A DNA stretch of 64,000 nucleotides, taken from Marsupella aquatica. Its lineage: Eukaryota; Plantae; Marchantiophyta. The notes below the pieces were generated by a model. That model saw nothing but the letters and a program-made list of their open reading frames with translations, did not search any database and had not been told where the DNA came from. Numbering within the stretch: the first letter of the stretch is position 1; each line of letters begins with the position of its first letter. The stretch spans positions 15,837,974 through 15,901,973 of the forward strand of contig OZ316899.1 of NCBI GenBank assembly GCA_973895155.1, given 5' to 3'. Below are positions 1 to 13,190 of the stretch, piece by piece. A program made the position numbers and the translations under genes.

Positions 1-3000
1 GGTCGATTGTCTTTGTATATAACAGTAGGTTTATCAAATCGGGGTCTGCCTGTGTTTTTCTGAATATGATCTATCAAATGTCTTAACCAAATGCATTCCC
101 TAGTGGCTTCGTATAGGGCAATGATCTCCGAATGATTAGAAGAAGTAGCTGTCAGTGTCTGTTTGCAGCTTCTCCATGAGATAGCAGTACCTCCTTGAAG
201 AAAAACATATCCTGTCTGGGATTTTGCGTCGTCAGGGTCGGAAAGGTACCCTGCGTCCGCATATCCCACTAATAGATTTTCTGACTGCTTGGGAAAGAAT
301 AGTCCCAGGTCTGTGGTTCCTCGCAGGTAACGGAACACTCGCTTTACTCCATTCCAGTGACGGATAGTTGGTTTTGCACTATGGCGTGCAAGGAGATTCA
401 CTGCGAAAGCTATGTCAGGACGGGACTGGGTAGCCAGGTACATTAGAGCACCTATCGCAGAGAGGTAAGGTTTTTCTGGGCCAAGAATTGCTTCCGGTGC
501 AGTCCATTTCTTGAATGTATCTTTTGCAGGATCTGAGGATCTTAAATCCATTGGAGTGCTTACAGGGTAAGCAGCAACCATGTTAAACTATTTTAATACC
601 TTCTCAGTGTAGGTCGATTGATTAACTAGTATGCCATTATGCAGGTGATTAAATTGTAAGCCCAAGCAATAGGTGGGCTTACCTATATCCCGCATCTCGA
701 ATGTCTTCTTCAGGATTTCTATTGTTTCCGCTGTGATTTTTGCTGTGCCGAAAATATTGATGTCGTCCACATAAATTGCGATAATGACAAATTCATTTCC
801 TTCCTGTTTGATAAAGAGGCACGGAGCAATATCATCAGTAATAAAATTCAATGTAATCATTTCAGCTTTGAATCGTTTATACCAGGTCCGCCCACTCTGT
901 TTTAAACCATATAGAGAACGAAGTACCTGAACTGCAAGTTCTCTTTTAACTTTCTTTGTTGGTATAACAGGGGTAGCCTGTGAGGAAGACATTCGTTTCC
1001 TCTGAGCAGATGTGTGCAGTACATCTTGCTTAGTCGGGACTAAAGGTCCGATTTCAGTCGTCACTGAATTCAAATTGCCTGTAGGACAAGTTTGATGTAC
1101 TCCAGGTTGTAGACCTGGGTTTATTTTACCGGTTTTCTCCCCCTCAATGTGAAACGTCAATCGCTTGATGAGTTCCGGGGGTGCCTTCATATAAATCTTG
1201 GTATCAAGGATACCATATAGATAGGCAGTAATCACATCTAAAATATGCATAACTAGTTTGTTCATAAGAGCATATGCGATTAGATATCTATATGTGATTG
1301 AATCCATTACAGGAGAGTATGTTTGATCAAAGTCTCGGCCGGGGATCTGGGTATAGCCCTTCGCGACCAAGCGGGCTTTATGTCTGATCACTTCTCCTTT
1401 TGCATTTCGTTTTCTGACGAAAATGAATCTGTAACCTGTAAGATGAAGTCCTGCAGGTGCAGTAATAATGGGTCCAAAAACTTTTCGTTTTATTAGTGAG
1501 TCTAGTTCTGAATTTATAGCTAACTCCCATTGTGGCCAGTCTGGGCGAGTTCGGGCCTCAGCAATCGTTAGGGGATCAGGAATAGTGTTTTTAATGTCCT
1601 CAGAAATCTTGAATGCAAAGATATCATCAACCTGTGTCTTATCACGCTGCAGTATCTGCCCGGTATGTACATAATTAATTGTAATCTCATCATTATCGGC
1701 TGTGCCTTGTGAAGATGGTACTGTAGTAGGTATATTTCTGGGAGATAGCATGGGTGTACGTGGCTGTCTAGGGTGAGAATCCTTGGATCCCAGTGGGCGA
1801 CCTCTTTTTGCCCTGGGTGCAGTCTCAGTTGCAGATGTAGTCTGTCGAGAAATTCGAGCTGGTACATTTGTTGCCTCTACATGTGAGCGAGTTACCTTGG
1901 CTGCATCGTTAAAAGCATCTGGAAGTTTCATAAGCATTTGTTGTAAATGGAGAACACGTTGTACTCCTTCATCTGCTTCTTTAGTGCGGTGGTCGTCTGC
2001 AAGCAGGCGGGTAGACAACCATTGTAAGTCTTTTACTTTTACCTTTCCGTTGCTTGTTGGGTCTTCTGTCAGAGTTGGAAATTCATCTTCAAAGAAATTG
2101 CAATCTTGGAACCGTGCTTTGAAAACATCTGCTGTTGAGGGTTCCAAGTATCTTATAATAGAGTGTGAGTCAAATCCCACATAGATGCCTCGTTGCCTCT
2201 GGGGTCCCATTGTAGTTCGCTTGGGACCTAAAATAGGGACAAGAACCAGGCATCCAAAAATTTGTAGGTGTGTGATGTCTGGTGGTAACCCGTATGCCAA
2301 TAAGTGGGGGGTCTGAGAATTAAATGATGATGGTCTCAGTCGAATGAGGGCAGCTGCATGCAGAACCGCATGACCCCAAGCTGATGCTGGTAAGTTTGAC
2401 TGCATCAGTAGGGGTCTAGCCACCAGTTGTATTCTTTTGATTATAGATTCTGCAATACCATTCTGAAAATGCACATGTGGAACAGGGTATTCAGTATCGA
2501 TGCCTGCTGTTTCACAGAAGGTATCAAAGGTTTTTGAGGTAAATTCCCCCGCGTTATCAACTCTGATTGCTTTAATTGGATTCTCTGGGAACTGATGTTT
2601 TAATTTCAAAATGTGTGATAATATCCTCGGGAAGACTAGATTTCGAGTGGATGGCAGAGAGACTTGTGACCACTTGGTGGAGGCATCAATGATAACCAGG
2701 AAGTATCTGAATGGGCCAGAAGGTGGGTCTATTGGGCCACAGACATCTGCTTGGATCCTCTCCAAGAATTGTGGGATCTTATGTATTGTCTTTGATGGTG
2801 CTGGACGAGTTATCATTTTTCCTTGTGAACATGCAATGCATGGTTTGCTGGTGGCTGAAGGGTGAACACCTTGAGGTATGCCCACGGTAGCCTTTAGGAT
2901 ATTATGATACATAGTTGTACCAGGATGTCCAAGGCGATTATGCCATATCTGTGTTAAGGTAAGTGGAGTACTTGCAGCATAATAAGAATAGATCCAAGTG

Positions 3001-4037
3001 ATGTATAGTCCGGGGGGGTATAAAGGTAGTATTTCTTGGACTAATCTCCCTGATTTGGTATTCTCCAGGATATGTAAGACTTCTCGGTTTCCACAAGTAT
3101 CTGTGTGAATATGAAGTCTATTGGCGCGTATGTCACTGAAACTTATAAGGTTTCGAGTGGCCCGTGGAGCATAAATTGCAGATTCTATGTGGAGGACTGT
3201 GCCCTTGGGTAATCTTACTTGTGCTGGACCAAAACCTTCCTCTATATGATTAGGACCAGTGATTGTTGTCATGGATCTGTGGGATGGAGTGATATTTAGG
3301 AAGTAATCTTTTTGGCGTAATATGGAATGAGATGTACCGCTATCAACGATACAATTGTGATTATCGTCCAACATTGAGGGATTATCTCCTAATTTGGCAG
3401 TATGGACTTCGGGGGCTGTTGAGTCTGGTGCATATCCCTCAATGTTATCTATGATTTCCATGTAGTTACCGTGGGCTTCATTATTGGGTAATTCCATGCG
3501 TTGCTTGTAGAGTTTAACTAGGTGGACAGGAGTTCGGCAATTTTTCTGTAAGTGTCCTCTTGTGCCACACCTAAAACATTCAATAGGATTCTCGGGTTCT
3601 CTTGCCCACTTATTGTATCCTCTTCCACGGCCTCCTCCACGGCCTCTGCCTCTATATGCAGTTCCTCGTCCTCGTTGTCCTCCTCGTCCTTGATTAAAGT
3701 TTCCGAATGCTTGGTTTTCTCTCTGGAATTGGCCATAACCTCTGCCCCTCTCTTGGTTTCTGCCTCGGTTATATGTTCTTTGTCCCCTCCCCCTGAAATT
3801 TCCTCTACCTCGTCCTCTAATTCTGTCATTTTGTCTATTGAAATTAATTTCAGGTTTAGGTGGGGGTGCGGATGTCCCAGGTGGGCGAGATTTGGCATTT
3901 TCCAGGAGTAGTAATTGATGCTTCTCAGCAAGAAGCATATGAGCTATCAGCTCTGAATATTTCGTAAATCCCATGTTTCTATATTGAGATGCAAGGATGA
4001 GGTTTCCTGCACTGAAAGTGGATAGAGTTCTTTCCAT
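1..4037 (-). pseudogene. Copia polyprotein (gag C-terminal part, PR, IN, RT, RH) with one premature TAG at 588-590
   Basis: ORF 588..4037. After the TAG the frame continues (FNMVAAYPVSTPMD..PYLSAIGALMYLATQSRPDIAFAVNLLAR..LVGYADAGY) to the window edge. The gag N-terminus is detached by an inversion. Confidence 0.92.
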
Positions 4038-4152
4038 CTGAATTTCTTAGACATCAAGGCCATAACTGATTTACAGAATCCAGGCATAACATAATTCACA
4101 AATTCCTGGATATAACTCAATTTGAGATCAAATTACCATAACTCCTATTACA

Positions 4153-4576
4153 ATGAATTCTATTGAGAAGCTTCAATTTAAGGCTCTAACTACTGATGGT
4201 GCCAATTATTTATCCTGGTCACTTGATATCGAAGCATATCTTTCATCAAAAGACCTACAGGAAGCTCTTTACACAGATGCAGGCCTAACAGTACCGCAGA
4301 AGGCGAGAGTATTAATCTTCATACGACATCACCTTGCCGAACCACTCAAGATTCAATACCTGAATCAATTCAACCCCAGAATTCTCTGGGAAGATCTAAA
4401 ATCAAGGTTTGATCACATGCGCCTGGTCTCCCTCCCGGCCGCACGTCATGATTGGATCAATTTGCGTGTGCAGGACCACACTTCTATATCCAATTATAAT
4501 GGAGAACTTTTCCGGATCACCTCTCAACTATCCATATGTGGCCACCCAGTCAACGACGCCGAACAGATTGAAAGAA
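4153..4576 (+). pseudogene. Inverted N-terminal part of the copia gag
   Basis: MNSIEKLQFKALTTDGANYLSWSLDIEAYL...NDAEQIER joins seamlessly to ERTLSTFSAGN at the start of the minus-strand ORF. The segment is bounded by 13-bp inverted repeats at 4028-4040 and 4564-4576. Confidence 0.9.
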
Positions 4577-4765
4577 ATTGTTGAGAAAAAGAACTCCCTC
4601 GCATTGACCAAAGATGCTTGTGCTCCTGATCCTTGAAATTGTCGTTGTAAATCGAATCATATACAAAAGGTCTTAATTCAATCAACAGTTCAAAATGTGC
4701 ACATAGATTCACTGAATCGATTTGCTAAGAAAAATTAAATCAAAGGTTGTGCTCCAAATGTAGAG

Positions 4766-4779
4766 TCGTGCTGATAACG
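4766..4779 (-). promoter_or_regulatory. Primer binding site of the Bianca-type element
   Basis: CGTTATCAGCACGA immediately inside the LTR end on the minus strand. Confidence 0.75.
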
Positions 4780-4947
4780 TATTATGTATCAACCATGGAC
4801 ACACATACACCAGCAAGCTCACTTCCTTCATTACCTTGTGGGAGAGTAAACTTCTCCCTATGTAGTACATGGTATATCGGCAGTTATGTAACCTCCGTTT
4901 CCCTACATTCTAGGGTAAGTAGGGTTAGGGTTTTAGCCCTTATAACA
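4780..4947 (-). repeat. 5' LTR (~168 bp, TG...TA termini)
   Basis: On the minus strand it begins TGTTATAAGG and ends CATAATA directly before the PBS. The partner LTR is outside the window, so the outer boundary is inferred. Confidence 0.7.
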
Positions 4948-5169
4948 GAATTTTCTTTTTGGGGAATTTTTTTGTTTGTTTGTATTTTTGACATTTTTTT
5001 ACTAGCGCCCCAAGCTAGTAATAGTAGCGCCTGGCGCTAGCCAAAAATTATCGTTTTTAAAAATATTTTGAAAATTTTGCGTTTTTATGTGAAATTTTTT
5101 ATATTTCATTTTTGCTCGTAACAGCAAAATTTTGCTCATAACAGGAAATCATTTTCCTGTTTCCTGGCA

Positions 5170-6008
5170 CGGTGTAAAGCCTCCCTCTCCCAGCCTGTGA
5201 AAGGTGTTTCACTTTGCCTTGAGCATTTGATATCAGTTCACTCTTGCTCTGCCCAGCCTCCGACATGAACCCTTTGATTAACCATGTCCATTGATCCAGT
5301 TCCAGTGATGGGGGTGCTAGCATTCTCCTGTTAGAACCATTGTATCCACATCTTTTTCAACCTATGTCTCTCTTGTTTCAAAATCCTCATTGCATAATCT
5401 GATATGCAATCTTCAACTGGGCCCTTACTATCATTACCAACATAGTCCCACCGTTCAAGAATGTCCTTGCAAATAGCAGCCCAATCGGCTTTGTTATGAC
5501 TCCTAAACTCTGTAATGCTCAAATCTAACCAGTGCAATACTTCTCCTCTCAAGTCAGAATGCCAACGGTTCTTGCCATCACATGTGGGAGTTATCCAACC
5601 ATCAGAATTCACTTCTACTTTACCAAATTTGTTATTCTCCTCCCTTGGTACTCCCTGAAGCGCTATTGGGTGTCCCTCCACGGCCTGGTGTCCCTCCACG
5701 ACCTGGATTGCATTGTTCAAACCTCCCTGGAGTCCCTGCACATTTACAAGATCCGTTTTTAAAGTTTGAAGCAACAATATTGCTGCCATGCTATACACTG
5801 AACATATTGAACAACAGTGTTGCAATGACCAAGTACCTCTCCCTAGGCGCATAGATGGTTCTTGACCACCTGTCCAATTGCCTTGTCTTGATGAATTAGG
5901 GTGGTTTCTCCCGCCCGTGGATGATTGCCTCCTATCTGAATGTGGATGGCCTTTGTTGTTTTTGTGATTGTCCCAATTAGAGTCTGCACATGTCACACTC
6001 ATGGACCT
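5170..6008 (-). pseudogene. Exon of a TnpA-like (second) gene of an old CACTA element (CACTA-A)
   Basis: WITPTCDGKNRWHSDLRGEVLHWLDLSITEF is clearly homologous to WVDAECPRKNRWHADLKAEVLRWLDVSVINF at 32676-33329. CTTACAG acceptor at ~6009; stop and frameshift near 5331. Confidence 0.8.
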
Positions 6009-6974
6009 GTAAGATAAACTCTTTGCCCTAGACATAAGTGTAGAGTAGGGTTTAGAGTAAGAATAACTATTCTTCTCTTTAATAGCCTAGATTCGTTCCG
6101 GTTAAGAGCTATTGAGACCTAAAAGATTGTAATATGATACTTTGAGTACTTTTGAGTAACATACTCAGGTTACAAGCCTTTTTAACATGCTCAGGTTTAT
6201 GGAAAGAATTTTATGATACTTCCATGAAAGGTATGACGTTTGTATCGTCCATAGTGCAATCAAAAAGGGGTAAAAAGTGTTAAACAAAACCAAAAGCCAG
6301 CGGCGTGAAAACTGATAGAAGGCGAGTTATAGATGGAAATACACCTTATCACTACATAGTAACTCATGACCAGCGGTAGTACATTAAGAATCATCGGTGT
6401 AAAAACTCATGTAAAACTGACGCCTACATATCCTCTTCAAACCAGCCATCTTTAGAAAATTATAAAAGATTAGCATAAGGTAGCCCGTATTGATTTTCTA
6501 ACCTATGTCAAAGCAAGGTGGTACTAATCACTCCGAACCAACTTATTCTTTTATTCAATCCATCAGATTGTTCTTTTGGATCTATGCAATTTGTGGAATT
6601 CTAGTGGTGAATTTGTATCAGCTCCTTATTGAATACAAGAGCTCTATAGTCAACACGAATCAATAGGCTTTTGCATGATCTCAAGCATGCGTTTCCAGTC
6701 AGCCTGTCAAACACTTGCCAAGGAGCTTAAGCGGCTTTTCTCCCCAAAAGACTACCTAATACCTGCTCCATGTCATACCAGGGTCACAAAGGATTGACAA
6801 AACTTCTGAAGTGTGCTTACAATGTCCAATCACTCCATACATAAGTAGTTTCAACTCTCCACTTCTAGAGAGGTAGTCCCCTTGACTACTTTTGTACTCA
6901 CCCCTTCCCCTCTCCTCTACTCCAAGGATCAGCAAGGGGGATCTCCGCTCCAAGCTGTCACCTTAGAGTAGATT

Positions 6975-7330
6975 CTCACACAAACACCCAAGAACCCAAA
7001 GTACTTTCCTCTTCAAGCTTAAGTCTCCTCAAGACCCTCAAAGTAGTGTTACCCCTCAACCTTGCCCCCCTGGCCTTGGTTTGGGTCCACACATCCCCTT
7101 TGAGCCCTAGAGAAGGCTCCTCTATCTAAGGACTCTTCCTCTTGTTCTTACTTCTTGTTAACACCACACACCAAGCAAAGTACTTTCCACCCTCAAGCTA
7201 TAATCCTCTCTAAGTCTCAAAGTAATGCTATACCTTAACCTTGCCTCCTTGGCCTTGGTTTTGTACTAGCACATCCCCTTCAAGCTTAGACCAAGATTAT
7301 ACCATAGCATGGACTCTTCTCTTGCTCTCA
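6975..7330. repeat. Diverged tandem duplication, ~180-bp unit, 2 copies
   Basis: Shared blocks caaagtactttcc..tcaagct..ctcaaagta..aaccttgcc..tggccttggttt..cacatcccctt. Confidence 0.8.
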
Positions 7331-7751
7331 TATACTTCAAATGCACTCACACTTAATGGTCACAATGAAGATTGGTAAGTCTCCTTTTATTGCATCACCT
7401 TTACAACAAAAGTTCACTACACATTCTCCACACTAAGCATGGACCACCTCTCCTTTCTCAAGCTTAGCCCTACCTTGGCAAGGTAGAGATTTCACTTAAG
7501 AGATGAGACTCCCGGTCCCTAACAAATGAAAACTTCCTCCTTATATACTATCTCCTTCCACATCACACCAAGCTTGACCTGGGGTCCAACTATACCTCCC
7601 CCAAGTCCTCCTAACACACAAAGTCCAACTCTATAGTTCATAGCCCACCCTACTACTTGCTATTTTGCCTCCTTCCAAGCCCTGGAATATGCCACACATG
7701 AGTGGTATGCTTTGACTTCCAAACCTACTCCCACTTATGGTCCTCCTCACC

Positions 7752-7807
7752 AGCCTCGTGCTTGCTCCTCCTTGCCTCGTGCTCGCTCCTCCTTGCCTCG
7801 TGCTCGC
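7752..7807. repeat. 21-bp tandem repeat, ~2.7 copies
   Basis: gcctcgtgcYYgctcctcctt repeated. Confidence 0.85.
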
Positions 7808-9404
7808 CGCGTGATCGTCGCCCACGCGGTTTACACTTAGAAAAAAATACATTTTTTTTTGGAAAAACAGCATTTTGGGGCGATTTTGGACCCCCCTCCA
7901 AAACTCACACATAAGTCCAAAAGGACTTCTGAGTAGCTCCACTGATTCTATGGACATAGGACTATGTCCGGGTTTACTAAGATATAAACAAAACCCTATA
8001 ACAACTTTTCTAAAATTAGGCAAAGAGGGTCAAGTCTTTATGTCTTCCAAAATTCTTCTCAACTTTGAGATGCTCCCAAAAAGTAACCAAGTGTGACAAA
8101 GTTGTCCCACAAGTTTCTAGGGATAGAGGGGACCATACTTAACCCACTTCCAAACTTGGAACCCCTACATTTACCCATCAGCTATTTTTCCCGGGACCCG
8201 CTATTTGGTAACTTTGATTTTTGCCAAAATACTTATAACTCCTAGGTTAAGACCCCACTTGACTTCATACTTTTTCAGGGTTCCCTAGGGACCTCCCAGC
8301 ACCCATGGGAGAAATATCAGCCAAAAATAAGATGTCCGGTGTCGGGTCATTTTTCGGTCCCGACTTAGTCGCCTATTATAACTAAGGACGGAACTAGTTT
8401 CCTGCCCCTCCTATAGTAACTTGCTTACCCCTAGATAACTTTGCATAACTAAAATTCCCTCTTACCTCTACTAAGCTTCCCTTCTTACTTAAGTGCCCTA
8501 AACCTAGCTACTCTGATAGCACTAAAACTTTTTCCCTAACTATTTCCTCTTCTAAACGAAAGAATGTCATGTTTCTCTACACTAGCTGACACTGAGCCAT
8601 CCCACACAGCCTACGGGTCAACCAAGCATTACTAGTCACATCAAACAACTTTTTCTAGTAAGGGATAATCACACACTAAGATTGAATCACAAACCATAGA
8701 TTACCAAAGATTACTAAAATAGACTTCTCATTGATTAATTACTTCAAAGAGAAGGAGACTTAAAGTTGAAAGCTAATTTCATGAAAGTCATATTAAGTCT
8801 GAGGTTCAAGGAAGAATCTCTCCCTTATATATAAGAGAGATCCGCTTGAAAAACTACATGAAAAGACAAGCCTTTTCATTATGTAAAAACTAATAAGGTT
8901 AACTAGATAAAAATAACTATACTGTGTGAAAGAGGAGGTCATATCACTTCCTTCCTTTCCTACAAAACATGGAAAATGGTCGGAACAAAGGCGGAAATCA
9001 AATTTCCGGTTCAACCTCCTTTTGAATATAAATTCCGGTTGAACCTGTTTTTACAGAATCCGGTTCATCCATCTTGGTGTTTAACTATGGCTTCAGGAAT
9101 TTCTGGCTCTTCAGGAATCTCTGGAGTGATATTGGGAGTAGGTGCTTGGCTTTGGAGGGGTTCTATAACATAGGTCACTCCTGTGGAGGTAGTAACAATG
9201 TTGTCAGGGGGAACCGGGTTGGTAGGATACTTGCTCATGAGGGAAGTCCAATCGAAAAGTTCGGGAGTGGTGGTAGGAATGGTCCCTGAGGAAGAGGTGA
9301 AATCAGGAGCAGTAGTATCAAGAGTGGTAGGTTCTCCTGATAGAGGGGATGGAGAATACTGAACTGGTGTCTCCCCATCATCCTTAGCCCAGATCTGGTG
9401 TAAC

Positions 9405-10451
9405 TCATTTATGAATTTGGCCCAAAATCTCCTTCATTGCATTCAGGCAGTCCTCAAGTTTATCTCCATAGTCTTGAGAGATACGAATGACAGTAGCAAG
9501 GCAAGTAGGATTGGGTACTTTTACAAAGTACTCTCGAAAGAGTTCTGTCTGGACCAAATCTCTACCTCTGGTGTTCAGGAAAGGGTCCAAACAATCCACT
9601 AAATCTTCCAGACTCTCAATGGCTTCTTCCTCCTTCTTACTCCTCTGTCTTCTCTCCTTCGGCTGTTTTTCACAATCTGTGAGTCTAACAGACTTCTCCT
9701 TGAGGTCCTTTTCCATTCTCTCCACCTTCTCCTTGTTGCCAGCAGTCTGTATTACATGCTCAAAGTTTGCTACTAATTCTGAGACTGGAACACTTGCTAC
9801 TCGAGCCATCTTGGCCAGGTTCTGTTCCATGATACCCATCTTCACTTGGATTGCCTCCATCTCTCGCTGGATGACTGAGAAATGATTCTGAGAGGATTCT
9901 GAGAGCGAACCGGAAGTAGGAATAGAGGTGCTGGCCGGTTGAACCGGATTCCGTCCTAAAGTTAACTTACGGCGCTTGGGAGGTTCAACAACTTGTACCT
10001 CTGCTTCCTCTTCGTCCTCTGCGTACAGACTCCATCCTTCTTTCTCGTCCATCTTTCCTGCAAAGTATTCTATGGTGAGGTTCTCTCCTCGGGGAAGTAG
10101 ACCAAAGCCATCTGTACGCACTTGGTAAGCTTTGCCAATAGCCTCTTTGGTCCAAAGCTTAGGTTGGGCTCTGATGGTATTAGAAAACTCACTTGGGGCT
10201 TCTCCAGTGAGTATCTCTCGGATAACATCTTCACTCTACCATGCCCAGGTCATCAGAAGTAGGTTGTGGCATCCCATCCTCTCTAGATCAATCCGCAACC
10301 TCTCCTTCTCTTCTGGTCCGGTTGGTAGTACAGGCCTTAGAGGCTTCAAAGCAATAGGTAAATCCTTCCTCTTAGACCGTCGAACCTCGCTTTTGACAGG
10401 GGTAGTGTCCGCCTTCGCCTTCTCAGCAGATTGGGGTCTCTGGTTCCTCAT
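9405..10451 (-). pseudogene. Retroelement accessory ORF inside the solo LTR (globular region plus coiled coil)
   Basis: ORFs 10236..10451 and 9405..10121 share one frame, separated by a TAG at 10236-10238 (AW*SEDVIREILTGE). C-terminal E/K-rich coiled coil. Confidence 0.65.
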
Positions 10452-11189
10452 GGTGGCTCAACCGGTTCTCGTTAAGGTGAAATCCGGTTCAGAGCGGAAG
10501 CCGGTTCAGAGCGGAAGCCGGTTCAAACGTCTGGCCTTCCTTCTCCAAGATTGAAGCCTATTTACTTCCCCAGCCTTCCCTCCCTCTACAGGAGTAGGCT
10601 GCCACCTTACACGATTCAGTCAATTCTCTCCTATATCATGCACTCACAGAGTTATCAAGAATGGTCCTCTCATCCGGACCAAAGACCCTCAACCAGACGG
10701 AAGAGATTCCTCACACTACAGCGTCGTCGCATCACTATTCGCTCGGGAGCTCAAGACTTACTTCGTTCAGCCTTGAGAGGTGTGAGGAGAGGAAAGCCGG
10801 TTCAGCCTGTTTTGGTCTCAGATTCGGCTACAGGCTGATCCAAGACTTATGGTTTAATGGTTAAGCCGCTCCTTGCATTGAGATCCTCCGGTGGAATGGA
10901 CCGGACTTAGATCATTAGGGAAAACGGTTCCACGGGTTGGGGAGGTTAAAACGGCTTTCTTCTGTCGAACCGGCCATCTCAACCAAGCAACTTTTCCGGT
11001 TAGCACCTTAAAGTGCTCATAGGAGGCTAACAGGTCTAAAAGGTCATAAGAGTTAGTGTTTCCAAGGGTTAAAATTTTAAATTTTCCCTTATTTCTCCTT
11101 TTACCAAATAAACATCATTTCACGATAAGATTAGTCCATATTGAGCTAAATCTCTACTAACATCACAAAATTACAAGCACAAGGCACTT

Positions 11190-12169
11190 ACTTGTCCAAT
11201 CATCCTCATCACCTTGCCATTGCCTCTGTACCCATCTTTACCACGCTCTGGGTGTTCATATTCATCCCATCCATCTTTTGCTCCATCGTAGTCATCATCA
11301 TACTGCCTATCATCAGGTGTCCCTTGCCAATAACTCTGGCTCCTTCTAGGGTATGGATTATGTGATTTCTCTCTGGCTGCCCACCTACTTGGCACTTGAT
11401 GTGGGCCCTGTGCATCCTGCACAGGTGCATTTTCTGTGAGCCCCATGCATCTGGGTCTCCACCCATATCCAATCTTTCCTCTTCACCCCACTCTCCAAGC
11501 CCCATGTTGGTCTCCATGTCATCACCCTCAGTCTTCCCCCATAGCTTTTGCACAACATCCACAACCAAACAGGGACAATCAGCACACTAAATTCAAAGTA
11601 TATATGAATCAATTTCATGCATATCCAACTATTTTAAAACATCATTCCAGGAAGCAATTCCCGTTCTGTGACTCTGTGCAGATAGTCATCCTCAACCTCA
11701 TCAAAGTGAATCGCCAGCTGTTGCCTATTGCACATCATCAACCTCATCATATTCCATCTTCCCAGGTTCATATGTCTCTCTCAATGTTAAGGGGATGTAG
11801 TCGGTCCCTGCCCGAGTTGGAAGTACAGTCTCATCACTAGGATGCTCGAATGCAGCATGGTCGTCCAAAGTGAACTCTACTTTACTTCCATCCATCCGCC
11901 TGTTCCGTGCTTGGCTATGGCATACCACCCTCCAACCATGTGACCCCTCCACATCCAGAAAGAAAGCCTGTTCAACTTGGCTAGGGAAAACAAAAGGCTC
12001 AGACCAATTTGGTACTCTGGACAAAAAATTGGCCAACAAGAACCGATCAGGATCACGCTTCATGGTGGCCCTTGGTCTTTGCCATTCTGATTTCACCCAT
12101 GCTCCCTTCATCAATATTACAGGGACACTTGTGTTACCATAATTCAATACCTAAATGTCTGTCAACTTC
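11190..12169 (-). pseudogene. CACTA-A remnant: DUF4216-type last exon of the TnpD transposase and a downstream exon
   Basis: VILMKGAWVKSEW..RATMKRDPDRFLLANF..WSEPFVFPSQVEQAFF is a near-identical paralogue of 35034-35800. It is cut at 12169 by a CACTA terminus. Confidence 0.85.
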
Positions 12170-13190
12170 CACTAGAAGAAAACCTGTGTTTTACTATTAC
12201 AGGCCCTGCAACTACTTTGCCTAAACAACTCATACGTGGTGCCAACTACTATTTTTTTAATGGGTTGTAATAATCTGCATTTTATGACTCTACTTAGAAC
12301 TATGTTACCTTAATCACTGATTACAACTCTTTTTTTGCCACTCAAACTTAGATCACTTGAATTAGAGTTGTATATTACACAAATTTACAAATCACTACAA
12401 TCCACCGTCCACTACACCGTCGATATTTACAACTCTATTTTCAACTAAGATTTTACTACTGGCCGAAACCACTACAAATACAAGTACCACCAATATTTGA
12501 ATGGTAAAGGTGTTTTTTCAATCAACTCCCAATCAAGTGAATCTTTTCCAAGTGATGTTAATTACTTGAAATAATGTCATTTGTGAGCACACCTTTTGTT
12601 ACTATAAATATCACCAATAGTGGAGTCACAAATGAATTTTGGCAAATCACTTAAAATATTTTAGTGACAAGGAAATTCTTACAAACAACTTAAGATTGAG
12701 TAAATTAATTGTGTATGTACAAAATTTCTTTAAATAAAGTCATTATTATCACAAATTGTCTGACTACAAATGCCACTAATATTAGAGTCCAATAAATATT
12801 ATTTGATGCAACTTAAAACCAAGTGCCACATCCTCCTTAGTCCAAAATCACTCTAAAAAATGTCATTCTCTTCGCACATTTTAGTGACTCCAAATGCCAC
12901 TAAGAGTAGAGTGTCAATGCAGGACCTTGCAAATGACTTGAAATGAAGTAGATCATTTTCCATTCTCAGAATCACTATGAATAATGTCATTCTTTAAATA
13001 CATTTTGCAACTACAAATGCCACCAACATTAGAGTGTTAATTTTTTTTTGACAAATGACTGAAAATTGAACGGATTATTTTGTGATGTCCAAAACCTATC
13101 CCAATGATGTCATTATCAACACACATTTTCAGTCACGATGTGCATGCCACCGGTATTACAGCGACAAACAAATTCTTTTTTACAAATTGT
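12170..13190. mobile_element. Terminus and subterminal repeats of a second CACTA (CACTA-B); the other end is not in the window
   Basis: CACTAGAAGAAAACCT begins exactly where the DUF4216 exon breaks. It is followed by many ACTACAA/CACT/AGTG motifs. Expected TSD is TTC. Confidence 0.8.

Larger units (their letters stand above)
1..4947 (-). mobile_element. Ty1/copia LTR retrotransposon, Bianca-type; 3' end lies outside the window
   Basis: Gag zinc knuckle (CFRCGTRGHLQKNC), protease (IVDSGT), integrase (WHNRLGHP..C..C, IQADVCG, VDNAGEF), RT (YVDD) and RNase H (YADA, SEIIA) in copia order. Short TG..TA LTR followed by CGTTATCAGCACGA, as in Bianca-lineage elements. Confidence 0.93.
6039..11124 (-). 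mobile_element. 5.1-kb solo-LTR-like insertion in a CACTA-A intron
   Basis: ATAAG direct repeat at 6034-6038 and 11125-11129; termini TG...CG (CA expected). Removing it restores a ~95-bp GT-AG intron. No gag/pol and no internal LTR pair. Confidence 0.62.

Noticed and set aside
5002-5040. CTAGCGCC..GGCGCTAG hairpin as a Helitron 3' end
   Set aside because: No Rep/helicase sequence or matching 5' end is visible, and the spacing is not canonical.
11150-11162. Alternative end (..CTACTAACA) for the 6039 insertion
   Set aside because: It gives no TSD; the 11124 end gives ATAAG on both sides.
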